DNA of 63,339 nucleotides, counting the filler, from Reticulomyxa filosa (lineage: Eukaryota; Protista; Foraminifera), in NCBI GenBank assembly GCA_000512085.1. It is 15 parts of 15 records of this genome, joined end to end, with 100 filler letters (N's around TTAATTAATTAA, not from the genome) between each part and the next. Parts side by side here need not be neighbours in the genome. Positions count along the whole stretch, not along the records: positions 45,843 to 51,151 come from ASPP01032738.1; positions 51,252 to 53,342 come from ASPP01049618.1; positions 53,443 to 58,243 come from ASPP01023501.1; positions 58,344 to 59,614 come from ASPP01011794.1; positions 59,715 to 62,082 come from ASPP01010437.1; positions 62,183 to 63,339 come from ASPP01003262.1; 9 more parts are not named here. One strand, written 5' to 3'. This document shows, piece after piece, positions 50,099 to 62,595 of this stretch. Every line of letters begins with the position of its first letter. Positions within the stretch are counted from its first letter, which is position 1. A program made the position numbers and the translations under genes. The notes under the pieces were generated by a model, which worked only from the letters and a program-made list of their open reading frames with translations, was not told the DNA's origin and made no database searches.

Positions 50099-52749
50099 TT
50101 TTTACTTTTTTTTTTCTTTGAGCTAAGATGATCCAAAAGCACAACAGACTTTTTTTTAAAGGAGAACTTCACCTCTTGGTCCTTGACGATGATGACAAAA
50201 AAAACTTGCCTTTTTCTGTAATAAAGGGGTTTGCTAAAAATTCTTTTGACAATATGCATATCTACATATCAAAATTTGTTAAGAAAGCAAAAGCTTTGTC
50301 TTCATTGTATATCTTTCATAATCTCTTATTTATTTCAATAGAAAAATATAAATTAATTAATACATATTTACGAAAAGATATTACTTCATCAATAGCAATT
50401 GATAGTGTGTGTGCAAAACTATTCTTTATTACTTATGTATATATAATATGTATACGCAATTTTTTTTTGTGTTTTTTTTTCAAAATTAAAAAAAATTTCG
50501 ACGAGTTTTTTTAACGTATAAATAAAAATAATAATAATAAAAAAGTTCGATCCTGATAAATAATACAACGTGCCAATGAATTCGATGCGCCCATTGCATT
50601 TCCAACAGCAAAGTGGCAATTGGCAATATTAAACATTAGATGGCAACAGCCGTCAGCTTTTATTATCAAGGCGGGTCTTCGTACGTATGCCTAGCAACTA
50701 TGATGAACACTAGGAACAAATGTTTCGGAATTGATGGAAACGTAATCATGGCAAGAGAGCCAAAACAACATCAAAGGTATAGTCAATATCAACAACAGCA
50801 ACAACAACATGATATTGCAATGAAACAGTATGAAGCCAAAGAGTCATTATCACATTCACCTGCTTTTACAGTGGACATAGACATTGACACGTATCACTGA
50901 AGTATTATCAGGCAACCAGACTCCATGGACTGCTACGGTTCAATCAGCAAGGTGATAACAAAGAAGAAGACGAACATTTTGTCAGTTCTTTGAACACTTG
51001 GCTCATTGGCACGAACAAGTATAATACTTTTACTGCTATTGCTGTTGGTACAATGCAATCACCAAACAAGGCAAACTTTGCAATAAGCAAAGTCAATAAG
51101 ATGTGTTCGCCCAACAAAAAACTCATATGAAAACAACATTGCGACAGATGCNNNNNNNNNNNNNNNNNNNNNNNNNNNNNNNNNNNNNNNNNNNNTTAAT
51201 TAATTAANNNNNNNNNNNNNNNNNNNNNNNNNNNNNNNNNNNNNNNNNNNNAAAAAAATACTTTGACACTCCAGAAGGATGTAACTGGCTTGTTTCGATC
51301 GATAAAGTCAGTCCTGAAGTCGAAACTGAAAAGAGGGTGACCACCCAAGAGGCAAAAAGTCCAAAAATAAAAGTCGCGTCAATGCACGGATTGATTCACT
51401 TTTTATGACAAAGCAGACTGTTCAACCGCAATTTAATCCACTTGTTTATCCAAAAAATTGGCATTACAATGACCACGACGGCACTGTGAATAACAAGAGA
51501 TACTTTGTCACCAGCAAAGATCAACAATGTCAAGAGAATACTTTTCCAAATTGAAATATTCGAAATGCATCTCCAAAGAAACAACAGCTACAATAATTGG
51601 AAATAAATAAATTGGATGCCGAAATTCACAATAAACAGAATCAAGAGAAAACCCAAAGAAACACCAAAACTTGTTGAAAAGGAAAACGACAGTAGCTTGT
51701 TTAAAAAATTTTCTTGTCATGTTATTGTAAAATAGAAGATGTTTTGAAATGTCAACATTTTATCGTGCTTAGTACAATTAACTCAATAAAAGCTCCAACG
51801 TTTTCTCCTAGTAACTGTTAATTCATAATTCGAGTGCAAACCATTTTACATAATAAAAAAAGAAATAAACAATTACATGCAAAAATAAGCGCTTTCAACG
51901 GATGTGATTGACAAACATAAGTATCTGAGTACGTTTCCCTAAAAAGGACGATTTGTCATTGATGGAATATCCGACTATCCATTGAAACATATATCAATAG
52001 AATGAATCTAAACACTGCCACCAAGAAACATTCATTTCATGATGACCGATCAATTGCAAATTATTTGCAACATCTCTTACGACATGCTTATGAAAAGATT
52101 TACAGCAACGAGTTGCTCAATCAAACACTTTCTCAAAAATATAGCAAATCTTTGCTTATGTTGTCATCACAGCGTATTACATCTTTTGCTTTGCTTGAGA
52201 ATGACTAAGATGTGAAAGAGACCAGCACAATTGGGTAAGTGAATATTATTGCTATTTGAATACACATGCCACATTTCAAAGTTTGAGTATCAGATCATAT
52301 CGTTACTATATAGTTTGATGCCTACATTTGAATGTAATCTGATTACGATACCACTTTCTTAAAATAAAATACTTTAAACTATCTTTTTATCACATGCATT
52401 CCCTCTTATGTGAGCATTATTCTTACAATTGTTCACACAATATACCATTGTCATCATTATTGGCCTCTCTTCATCCGTTTCTTTCTTTTTTTCTCACTGT
52501 TTTCTTATTTCTATACTTTTTAGTCCATTTTTGCTTTCTTTTTCCTTGTCTTATTTACCATCATCTTCTTTTTTTTGGGATTTCTTATTTTTGTTCTCAT
52601 TGGCTTCAGACTCTACTTCTTTTTCCTCTTTTTCTTTATCATCTTCTTGGTACCAACTCTAAACAACAAAAGAGAGCAAAATCAATCTATTGCATATTGC
52701 CACTTGCAATTAATTTCATACATATTTCAATCATTATAAGAAAGCATTA

Positions 52750-53200
52750 TAACTTAGAATATAGGTTGCGCATATGACATGATAATAATCAGCTCACCAC
52801 TTTCAAATTGTCCGATTTTCTTTCAATATATCATGCACCACATTACATGATATGGATCTTCAATTTTTTTTTTTCAAATTATACGCTATCCAAAGCGCAA
52901 TACCATGATCCATATCCAATTCATGCCGTCATTAAAATCGATATTTGTTCAACGACAGGCATACGTGTTGTAGTGTGGCTCCATGATTCATTATATTGGA
53001 TTTCCATCAGCAACAATTTGACAATGATTTGCCACTTTATTTACTTTCATTTCTGCAACCATTGATACCTATTGCAACTGTTGCTGTTGCCATTATTGCT
53101 GGGAACGCACTGCAGCATCAATGGCAATATAAACAGTGACAACTGTCCATTTTCATTTGCACACTTTTAAATATCTATTCAAAAATTTCAAGCAACACAT
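52750..53200. repeat. Dispersed repeat or decayed gene-family member shared with 10440-10690
   Basis: Collinear similar blocks, e.g. ggttgcgca, cagctcac, ttttcaaattatacg, accatgatccata and atctattcaaa...ttcaagcaac, are present in both contigs. Confidence 0.65.
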
Positions 53201-53449
53201 ATAAAAATATAACCAATATACGTATAAAGATGTTATGTTGAGTATGTATATAACAAAAAAAATACTTTTTTCAAGCAATGGACCCAATCACGATGATAAC
53301 ATCAGGTGACAAAAAAGAGGAATATGCGCAACAGCAGAAAATNNNNNNNNNNNNNNNNNNNNNNNNNNNNNNNNNNNNNNNNNNNNTTAATTAATTAANN
53401 NNNNNNNNNNNNNNNNNNNNNNNNNNNNNNNNNNNNNNNNNNTTTTTTT

Positions 53450-53486
<37 letters not shown>

Positions 53487-53488
<2 letters not shown>

Positions 53489-54620
53489 CCCAGTCCCAAT
53501 TTTGACAAGACAAGGTCAAATGGCTTATCCGCTTCGGACACACAGGCGCAAGAGAAGAACGACAACGATATCGCAAGTCCTCCCAAAGTGTCGGAAATTC
53601 GACATCGGTTTTTATATTTGGAAAGGTTTGAGCCTTGCTTTCCCAAGCAGTTTGTCGCGATTTTATTGGATGCAAAAGAACTGTCACAGCAAATCACATT
53701 GATGAGCTTTCAAATATTTGAACAAATACAACCGCGTGAGTTTTTTAAAAAAGCGTGGAAGCAAGAAACTTCCAAATGGATCAAAGCCCCAAACGTGTGC
53801 AAGTTCATCGAACAGTACAATACTGAAGTCAAATGGGTTCAATACACTTTACTAACCGAAAAGAAACTGGCACGTCGGGGCCGATTTCTTCTCAAATTCG
53901 TCGATGTTGCTTTGGTAAACTATGTATATACATGTATACATACATAAATATATGTACATATATATATATATATTTTTTTTTTTTTTAAAAATAAGATTGT
54001 ACTTCCTCAAGGTAAAGTGCTTGATAGTGTGCGCATCTGTCATTATGTGGCCCAATAGCATTGCCAAGAAATTCGCAATTTTAACACACTTGCAGCCATA
54101 CATGCCGCATTGACCGCCAATTTCATAGTGAACTTGCCTTGGGACACCTTGAACCGAAGCGAAGCGAAAAAATATGAAGAATTTCGAAATCTATTTGACA
54201 ATTGGAAAAAAACGGACTTTTTCAATCGCCAAGAAAAAGCACCTTCGCCTGCAATTCCTTATTTAGCTCTCTTTTGCAAACAGTTTTTTCGAATTGAAGA
54301 ATTGGAAGAATATATTTTGCCAGATCAAACAATCAATTACAACAAATTACTACATTTGGCTGACAGAGCCGAAAGATTTAGATCCTACACTGATGTTACC
54401 CTTTTTTTTAAATCATAAGTGTATATGTGTTCATTCACTTGGTTTATGCTTTAATTTGTACAATGTGGCTTTGTTTGGCATGTAGCAAAAGTATCACTTT
54501 ACGAAAAAGTTTGATTACCAGGCACTGCTGTTTAAAGAATGGGCTCTTCAAGAGGACATCACTGATGACATGCTGTATGAGATGAGCAAAGAGGCCAGGA
54601 AAAACGAAAAAACTTAATCT
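53487..54620 (+). CDS. RasGEF (CDC25-like catalytic domain), 3' part
   Basis: LDAKELSQQITLMSFQIFEQIQPREF...APNV...QYN, NFNT...AAL, PAIPYLALF, TINYNKL. Confidence 0.9.
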
Positions 54621-55005
54621 TTTTTCCACCTTTATCATTATTATTATATAAAAAACGCCCAATTAAAGTGTCTTGAAGTTGACCTGTTGTTGGCTGTTTG
54701 TAAATGGCAAGAATTGAAAATCCGCAACGTTCAACTTTTTTTTGTGTATTTTTCTATATTTGTTCAAGTATATTTCATTTCCATTATCTTTTCAGTTGCA
54801 AAATGATTATGGTTCTTTTTCAATTGAAATTTCCGTTTCTTTCTAAGCTTACTGACTCCTCGTTACAGTTTTAGGATGAAAGTCCACACATGAGAGCCGT
54901 CCAATTGATGCTCATGGAATGTTCTGAGCAACAGCAGTGTAGTGCTGATTCCCAAAAAAACGACTGGAGTGCTTGTTCCCCCTTTCTTTAAATTAAAAAA
55001 AGCAC

Positions 55006-56072
55006 ATGATGAGGAAACTAAAGAAATCACAAAATACCCCTCCTAAATTTTCTTTGCTCTTTGGAGTGCTCTTGATTTGTATTAGTATATTGGGACTGTA
55101 TTTGTATTTCAAAAACGAAATATTTATTCATTTAACGAGAATAGTAACAGAGCCTACCTGGGATGAAAGTCATGTGTATTATTTTGCGGACATTTCAAAC
55201 CGATTACAAAATTACGACACACGTCCATATAAAGATCCAACACCAATGAGCCCAAAGAAAGGTGGCTATACAGTGGTAATGAACACTTTTCGACGCCCCC
55301 AATGCATTTATTCATCAATACAACATTGGCGGGATTGTGCGCAATCAAAAGGGCATATGAAATACTTACGAAATATGATAATCATATGGCCCGACCCAGA
55401 GCGGCATCCAGAACAAAGATTGATCAATCTAATCAATGAGATTAATAACTCATCGAGTTTTCGCATTAATATTCATCGTTTCAATGATACCAAATTATCT
55501 AATCGTTACTGTCCAGGATGTGTTTTTCCACGGATGCATTATATACAACAGATGACGATATGTTAGTAGAGTGTGAAACGATTGATCTAATGTATCAACT
55601 TTGGATTCGATATCCAGATCACTTGATTGGAACACAATATCGGTATATTCAATCGGACGGCACGTATTCAGGTACATCTGGAGTGAATATCCATCCGTTT
55701 CGAAAATACAACAACATATTTGTCACAAAAGGCGGTTTCATTCATAAAAAGTACTACGAATTATATTTTAAAAGCACCAAATTTCAACACATCCGACAAA
55801 TGGTTGATCGGTTTATAACTGGTGAAGATATACTCATGTCGGCCGTGTATCACGATAGTTCCGATGACCCTTCTCATGTACCCTTGATTTTTTATATAAA
55901 TCCACCCACCTTACTGGCCCAAGAAAATGACAAAAGGTGTGTGGAAAGCAAATTTGGCGATGCTGCCGCCTTGCATAAAAGAACTAGTGGCAATCGGGCT
56001 ACTATTGTAGCTGAAATTTTTAAACTATACAATAACCAAAATCCATTCCCTTCGATTTGGTACACTTTTTAA
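55006..56072 (+). CDS. Glycosyltransferase family 64 (EXTL2-like) type II membrane protein; one apparent frameshift at ~55525
   Basis: N-terminal TM anchor and YTVVMNTFRR. Adding one T gives KLSNRYCPGCVFSTDALYTTDDD (GT64 SLNNRF...TDA...DDD motif). Also W...PDHLIG and GEDILM. Confidence 0.88.
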
Positions 56073-56791
56073 ATTTTGAAAAATGACATTGGGTGCTCAG
56101 ATCAAATTTTATGGAATTTGCAACTAAAAATATTCTTTCTTTTTTTGTTTACGTCAATAAAGCAAAAAATGTTAATTAAAATTGCAAAGTTTACCTCAAG
56201 ACACATCTGTATTATTAGTTATTTCAAAAAAATTTTGTAAAAAGTATCTTTCGATAAGAATACATTTCTTCATTCGAGATAACGTGAACCACACAAATAT
56301 GCACGAATTTCCAGAAAGTTAAAACAAAAATAACAACAATTTAACAAAATCTTTTTGGAAATTGCAACACCATTTCAACTAACATCGGGCAAAAATCCAA
56401 GCACTTCAACCCAGATGTGAATAACCTGCACAATCTCAACAATCCCACTCAAACCAAAAAAAAAAGGTTATAACATACATACAAACTAGAATTGGATAGC
56501 CAATAAACAAAACAATGATGCAAAAATTTGAAATAAAAATAAAAAGATAGCGAAAGTTTAACAAAAAAATCAAAAGCTAGACTTTCTTTCATTGGCTTCA
56601 TTTATTGTATGTATTATGTGGTTTTGACGTTCTTGTTATTATATTTTTCTTTTTCCCACAAGTTTGTTTTTATTTTTATTTTTAATTTTTTTTAATTTTT
56701 GTTTTTAAAATTTTTTGTTTTATTTTATTTAATAATTTTTCAATGGTTTTTTTTCTTTTTGTTTTAATGTCATATTACTTAGGTCATTTTG

Positions 56792-58175
56792 TTATAGCGT
56801 AGGATCAGCCTCATCACCTTCGAGCGTGTTTTTCGCAAATTCGAGCAGAAGTTGAAGTTCATGGAGACAGGAATGATCGACCAAAGGCGTAGTGTGTGAG
56901 TGATGATGATCCGTGAGATTTTTGGAAACATTGGAAAGATGGTCAATGATGGACTGCGTATTTTGAATGAAGGTGTGCATATCATCGACTTGAGTAATGT
57001 GTTGCAATTGTTGAGCCATGTCTTGCGCTTGTTTGGTTTTCATCCAAGGAATATGTTCCTTTTTAATCGTTAATTTCTTTTTCTTTTCATCATTGCCACT
57101 GTTATTCAAGGTACTGACACCATTACTATTGTTGGCATTGGCATTGATATTGTCTTCGTTATTATTGGCATTCGACAAGGCATCAACATTTTTATCTTGC
57201 GCCACCAATGGAGAGGAAAGATTCAATGCGTCGGCTTTGTCGTCCGTCGTCGTCTTATCGGACAACCCAACAAATTTGTGCAAACGCAAATCTTTCATGG
57301 AAATGCGTTGACTCTCCGGTTTGAAAATCTTGCTCATCACATCCAAGGCATCGGCCGGGATCAAAGGTAATCTCTTCCAATGGACCAACACATCACGTAA
57401 ACGTCCATTCACAAGAAAGCGGAATGCAGGATTTGAAGGGTCGGGGACTTGGTACGGAGGTGCACCAACCAGCATCATAAACAGCATTACCCCCAAACAC
57501 CAGATATCCGCCTTTTCTGGAGAATATTCTTTCCTCGCATAAACCTTTTTTTTTTTGTAAAAAAAAAAAAGAACAAACATTCAAAAAAATTGGATCATAA
57601 ATAAAATAGAAGAGTATACGTTAATGTTACTACTGGACAAAAGAAAATCGCATAAAAAAAAAAAAAAGTATATAATTTATATTAAAAATACATGTAAAAA
57701 TATTGTTTTTTTGTACACAGGTATATACATACAAAAAGAAAAATAAATAGGGACATTGCATGCAAACCTCGGGTGCCATGTAGCCGATTTTTCCGACTCG
57801 GTCATGAAACATTTGATCTGATTTGACTCGTCTCGCCAAGCCAAAGTCAATAATCTTAACGTGGATGTGGTTCGCATCAACCGAAGCGATCATCGTGTTT
57901 TCCAAGCTCAAGTCCAAGTGAGAGATCCCATGGGAATGCATCCAAGATACGGTGTCAACCAGTTGACGAAACATCGATTGAACACGTATGCTCCATCCAC
58001 TTGGCGTCGCCTGGCACACTTGTTCGGCGCTCGCCGCTTTTTTTACAAGCTCGCTCATTGCACTGTTGGCGTGGCTGTCGCGAATGAAATCGAACAACTC
58101 GCCTGCAGCGCAATATTCCATCGCCAAATAATAACAGCTTTCGTTTTCCCAATTTTCGATACATCGCACATAACC
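56792..58175 (-). CDS. CAMK-group Ser/Thr kinase (5' partial)
   Basis: MEYCAAGELF, HLDLSLEN, KIIDFGLA, GKIGYMAPE|VY, ADIWCLGVMLFMML. Confidence 0.9.
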
Positions 58176-58206
58176 TATTTTTAATTTTTTTTATATTTTA
58201 AAAATC

Positions 58207-58243
<37 letters not shown>

Positions 58244-58343
58244 NNNNNNNNNNNNNNNNNNNNNNNNNNNNNNNNNNNNNNNNNNNNTTAATTAATTAAN
58301 NNNNNNNNNNNNNNNNNNNNNNNNNNNNNNNNNNNNNNNNNNN

Positions 58344-58796
58344 CGTACCGATGACCCCAGCCCGCAACCCAGTGCCTCGTTCATGATCGATACCGTCAGT
58401 ACCGACCGCCACGACATCAGCTGGCGCATGACGCTGCGTGGCGGCTACAGCGACAAGAGCGACTCGGCCGAGGTGTTCGAGCTGGGTGGCTTCCGCAACC
58501 TGTCCGGCTACCAGCCGGGCGAATTGCTGGGGCACCAGATGGCGTTTGCGCGCGGCATGGTGTCGTGGCGCGTGTCCAGCCTGCCGTCCGCGCTGGGCTC
58601 CGGCTTGTACGTGGGGGCGTCGGCCGAGGTTGGCCGCGTGTGGTCCACTTTGCTGCAAGACAAGGACACCCGCTGGCTGCCGGCCGGCTCGGTGTTTGTC
58701 GGGGCCGATACCTTGCTGGGCCCGGTGTTCATCGGCGTCGGCCACGGCAAGAAGGGGCAACTGACCGGCTACTTCAATCTGGGCGTGGAGTACTGA
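58344..58796 (+). CDS. Bacterial: C-terminal part of a BamA/TamA-type outer-membrane beta-barrel, probably a patatin-barrel (PlpD-like) protein; 5' partial
   Basis: GC-rich and intron-free. Motifs FELGGFRNLSGY and GADTLLGPVFIGVG, with an aromatic C-terminal beta-signal (FNLGVEY). Confidence 0.75.
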   Translation, partial: RTDDPSPQPSASFMIDTVSTDRHDISWRMTLRGGYSDKSDSAEVFELGGFRNLSGYQPGELLGHQMAFARGMVSWRVSSLPSALGSGLYVGASAEVGRVWSTLLQDKDTRWLPAGSVFVGADTLLGPVFIGVGHGKKGQLTGYFNLGVEY

Positions 58797-58798
58797 CC

Positions 58799-59587
58799 GT
58801 GTCATCGTGGCGCGTCGGGCTGCTGCTGGCACTGTTGCTGTCGCCAGTGCTGCGCGCCGAGCCGGTGGCCACCGCCTGCGGCCATCACGATTACGCACCG
58901 TGGAACTGGCAGCAAGGCAATCAGATCGTCGGTAGCTGCGTTGACATCGTACAACGCGCGTTTGCCACCGCCGGTGTGGCGGTGCGCTTCGATTACATCG
59001 GCCCCTGGCCCCGCTGTCAGGCGCTGGTGGCCGCCGGCCGCGTCGATATCAATATTTGTGCCTTTCGCAATGCCGAGCGCGAGGCGTACGCGCAGTTCAT
59101 TCCGGTACCGCTGGGCAATAACGAAGTAGCGGCCTTTGTCCGGCGCGATGCCGGCTGGGTGCTGCACGGCTGGGACGACCTCAAGGGCCGCCGCGTCGGG
59201 CTGGTGAACGGCGTGTCGATGGGGGGCGAGCTGGACCAGTTCCTGCAACAGCACACCAGCATCGACCGCACCAACGATTTTGCGGCCAGCCTGCGCAAGC
59301 TGGCACTGGGGCGGGTGGACGTGGTGCCGTTCGGCCGCGAAGCCGGCAAGCTGGCCGTTGCCCGCCTGGGGCTGGGGGCGCAGTTGACGGACTTGCCCAC
59401 CCCGTTGCTGCACGGCCAGTTGTACATCTCGGTATCGAAACAGTCGCGCTGGCTGCTGCCCTACCTGCCGGCAGTGCAGCATTACCTGGCGGCGCCGGCT
59501 TACCCGCGACTGTTACAGGACAGCCTGCAGCGGCAGCTCCGCCGCTACCTGCAAGCCAACCCGCCGCCTAGCGACCCCCGGCCGTAA
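58799..59587 (+). CDS. Bacterial: periplasmic substrate-binding protein (SBP_bac_3 / polar amino-acid type)
   Basis: GTG start 2 nt after the previous stop; signal peptide ending VLRA; DYAPW, PWPRC...GRVDI, DLKGRRVGLVNG, KLALGRVD. Confidence 0.85.
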   Translation: MSSWRVGLLLALLLSPVLRAEPVATACGHHDYAPWNWQQGNQIVGSCVDIVQRAFATAGVAVRFDYIGPWPRCQALVAAGRVDINICAFRNAEREAYAQFIPVPLGNNEVAAFVRRDAGWVLHGWDDLKGRRVGLVNGVSMGGELDQFLQQHTSIDRTNDFAASLRKLALGRVDVVPFGREAGKLAVARLGLGAQLTDLPTPLLHGQLYISVSKQSRWLLPYLPAVQHYLAAPAYPRLLQDSLQRQLRRYLQANPPPSDPRP

Positions 59588-59797
59588 ACGCCATACCTTC
59601 CTGTTCGCCTATCGNNNNNNNNNNNNNNNNNNNNNNNNNNNNNNNNNNNNNNNNNNNNTTAATTAATTAANNNNNNNNNNNNNNNNNNNNNNNNNNNNNN
59701 NNNNNNNNNNNNNNTTTGAGAGGGAGGAGGAGGGGGGGGGGGAGTGTGTTCGTCATCAAAGTGTTGTTTATGTGAAATGCTGTGCTACGTCGCGCAG

Positions 59798-60625
59798 ATA
59801 TGCGGGAACAGCTATACTGTCAAAACTAACGCCTTTGAATGTAATCAAAGGGATCGGTGAAGAGGATGTCGAAGGACGAGCGATCACCCTCGAGTTCAAC
59901 ACGTTTTATCTGGTGAACACCTATGTCCCTAATTCCGGTGAGAAGTTGAAGTTCAAATCGAGGAGACTCGACTGGGATGAAAAAATGGTGACATTCTTAG
60001 AAAAACTTCAAGTTTGTCTTTGTCTTGTTTGAACAATTGTATATTGCATACTCAAACAACATTGTCTGTTTCTTTTTTTTTTTAAAAAAAAAAAAAGGCA
60101 AAAAAACCGGTAATTTGGACTGGTGATTTGAATGTCGCAATTGAGGATTTCGATGTTTATGATGGTGAAACCAATCTCAATCGCCAAAAAGCCCCAGGCT
60201 TCACACCTTACGAACGCAAAAATTTTCGTACTTTGCTCAGCAAAGTTGAACCACTTCTATTCACTGCTTTGTATTAATCCCACGACTTCCATTGGTCTGT
60301 GTTGTGCTTTTGCTATAGTTGGACATGATTGATTCTTATCGTCGCTTATATCCAAATGTCAGGGGTGATTCTTACACTTTTTTCACTTCCCGTGGAAAAA
60401 ACACAAAAGAGTTTTGGATTTTATTTTTAAAAAATTTTGTTTTTTATTTTTAAATGTATCACAAAATGACTTGTTTGAATATTTAGAAAAAAAGCTGGTT
60501 GGCGGTTGGACTACTTTGTCGTTAGCTCATGTTTGATGCCTAAAATTGACGATGTACAAATCCGTACTGATGTGGGCTGCAGTGACCATGTCCCTTTGGT
60601 TTTGACCATTAAAAACTTGTCTTAA
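59798..60625 (+). CDS. Exonuclease III / AP endonuclease (APE1/Xth family), 3' exons
   Basis: YAGTAILSK, EGRAIT, NTYVPNSG, WTGDLNVA, GFTPYER, IDSYR...YTFF, GWRLDYF, SDHVPL. Confidence 0.94.
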
Positions 60626-61094
60626 CAAGAATCTTGATTGCAAACACATGCACATATGCGTTGCTTTTCTGAAGTATTATAAACATTTTAATAATAATTT
60701 TTTCAAATTAAATAAATTCTGCATTTTCTGGCTTTTTCTTTGTTGCATTTAGCATGCTCATGTTACACCTTTTTTGTAATTTAAACACCGAATCTAATTG
60801 ATCGTTCTTTGGTCCTTGCAGTATCCAACATTTTTGTTTATTAATTTGTGTAGATGAGAAAGCGTTTTGCGAGGCTTAGTTACGAAATTCTTCATATCAA
60901 AAAATTATCTTTCATTTTAAGGATACTGCTTGTGTTGCAAAGAATTTATTTTGAGGCTATCAATCGATACAAAATGGTCTATTTTACTTCACCTTAGATT
61001 TTACGACATTTTGCAAAGTAAAAACTCCACAAAAGCTTAAGTAGGCTTTTTTCTTATTTTCCTCATTCATAATTTAAATGTAACACGAAGTGAG

Positions 61095-62044
61095 ATGTCT
61101 GCTTCAGTTTTTTCGACCAATCCTTTATTGAAAGACCCAAAGCAAGGTGCAAAAGACTTTTTTGCTTCAAATCCATCCAAAGGTATCATGATACTACTGT
61201 TAAAAAAGCGGAGTTGGTTTTAAAAGAAAAACCAAGAAAAAAAAACAGTGTCAACAATTATTTATAAAAAATAGAGCAAATTTGGAAACTGTTGGAATTT
61301 TTGCTATGGTCTCATCAAGAGCCAAAGCATTTCCCAAGATATTTTGAATGGTTGGAAGAATTGGCAAGTGGAGGACATGGGTTTGAAGAAACGTTTTTGA
61401 AAGTACAAATCCAAGGAGCGTGTGGCAGGCCAACAAGAGACAACGAGATTACATTTATGTGTAAGACATGTGCAAACCTTTTTTACTTTCAATGCAGTGA
61501 CTGTTTTAAGCAGTCGGATCACGTCGGACATGATGTGAGACTCAATTATATATCGTCCTTTTGTGGTTGTGGTAACCCATCTTGCTGGCCTCCTGATCGG
61601 TCTTGTAAATGTCACCCAGGATCAGCGGCTGTCACTGAGCAAATCCGTTGAGTGGTATAATGAACAATTCAATATCATTACATATACATATACATATATA
61701 TGTATATATATATATATGTATATAAACGTGTGTGTGTGTGTAAATGTTAATGTGGTATCATTGAAATAGAATTGGATCCAAATGTGGAAATGGCGTGTCG
61801 ATTTGTGTGTGGATACATGGTGTATTTGCTGAGCCATGCCTTCAGTAGCGACCACCACGATGTAGTGTACCTACCCACGGCTTTGTGCAAACACTCGTCT
61901 TTTTACACAACCTTTCGTCGACTTCAGACGAATATAAATCATCCGTATACGTATTCGTACTTTCCTTTGCAGCTGTATGGCGCCACCGATGTTCCAGACA
62001 GTCTACTTCTCGTCCATGATGACGACCAACACGACATTTCACAA

Positions 62045-62045
<1 letters not shown>
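61095..62045 (+). CDS. UBR1-like E3 ligase, 5' part, with an apparently complete UBR-box zinc finger and the start of a ClpS-like segment
   Basis: ACGR...CKTC...QCSDCFKQSDHVGHDV...CGCGNPSCW...CKCH; LLLVHDDDQH. Same phase-1 first intron as the paralog at 5388. Confidence 0.85.
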
Positions 62046-62082
<37 letters not shown>

Positions 62083-62182
62083 NNNNNNNNNNNNNNNNNN
62101 NNNNNNNNNNNNNNNNNNNNNNNNNNTTAATTAATTAANNNNNNNNNNNNNNNNNNNNNNNNNNNNNNNNNNNNNNNNNNNN

Positions 62183-62595
62183 TCATTTAATAGTGTTAGA
62201 TATTTATGTTCTGGATCATGTGACAAAACAGTTCGTTTATGGGATGTTGAAACATCAAAATCATTACATGTTTTCAATGGACATGAAGTACTGTTTGGTG
62301 TGTTGATATTTCACCATTACAAAGCAATAATAACAATGATAATAATAATAAAATGAATAATATTGGTGTGATTGGTGGTAATTCAAATGTGATATGTTCT
62401 GGGTCAAGGGATGGTACAATTCGTTTTTGGGATATTCGATCAAATAAGAGCGAATTGCATGTGATGAAAGTATACTGTACAGTTAAGTTTATAGAATTAA
62501 AAAGAGTTAATAACAACGAACAAAAAGCAAAAGGTAATATTTATATTAGCTTATGTTATGGTCTAGACGATTGCTCAATTAATGCTTGGGGATGA
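62183..62595 (+). pseudogene. WD40-repeat gene fragment with an Asn-rich insert (frameshifted)
   Basis: YLCSGSCDKTVRLWDVETSKSLHVFNGHE, a frameshift, then VWCVDISPLQSNNNN...IGVIGGN...ICSGSRDGTIRFWDIRS. Confidence 0.85.

Noticed and set aside
58296-59482. Long overlapping ORFs (58296-58898 minus, 58802-59482 minus) and the 340-aa extension from 58565
   Set aside because: These are shadow ORFs of high-GC DNA. The signal peptide places the real start at 58799.
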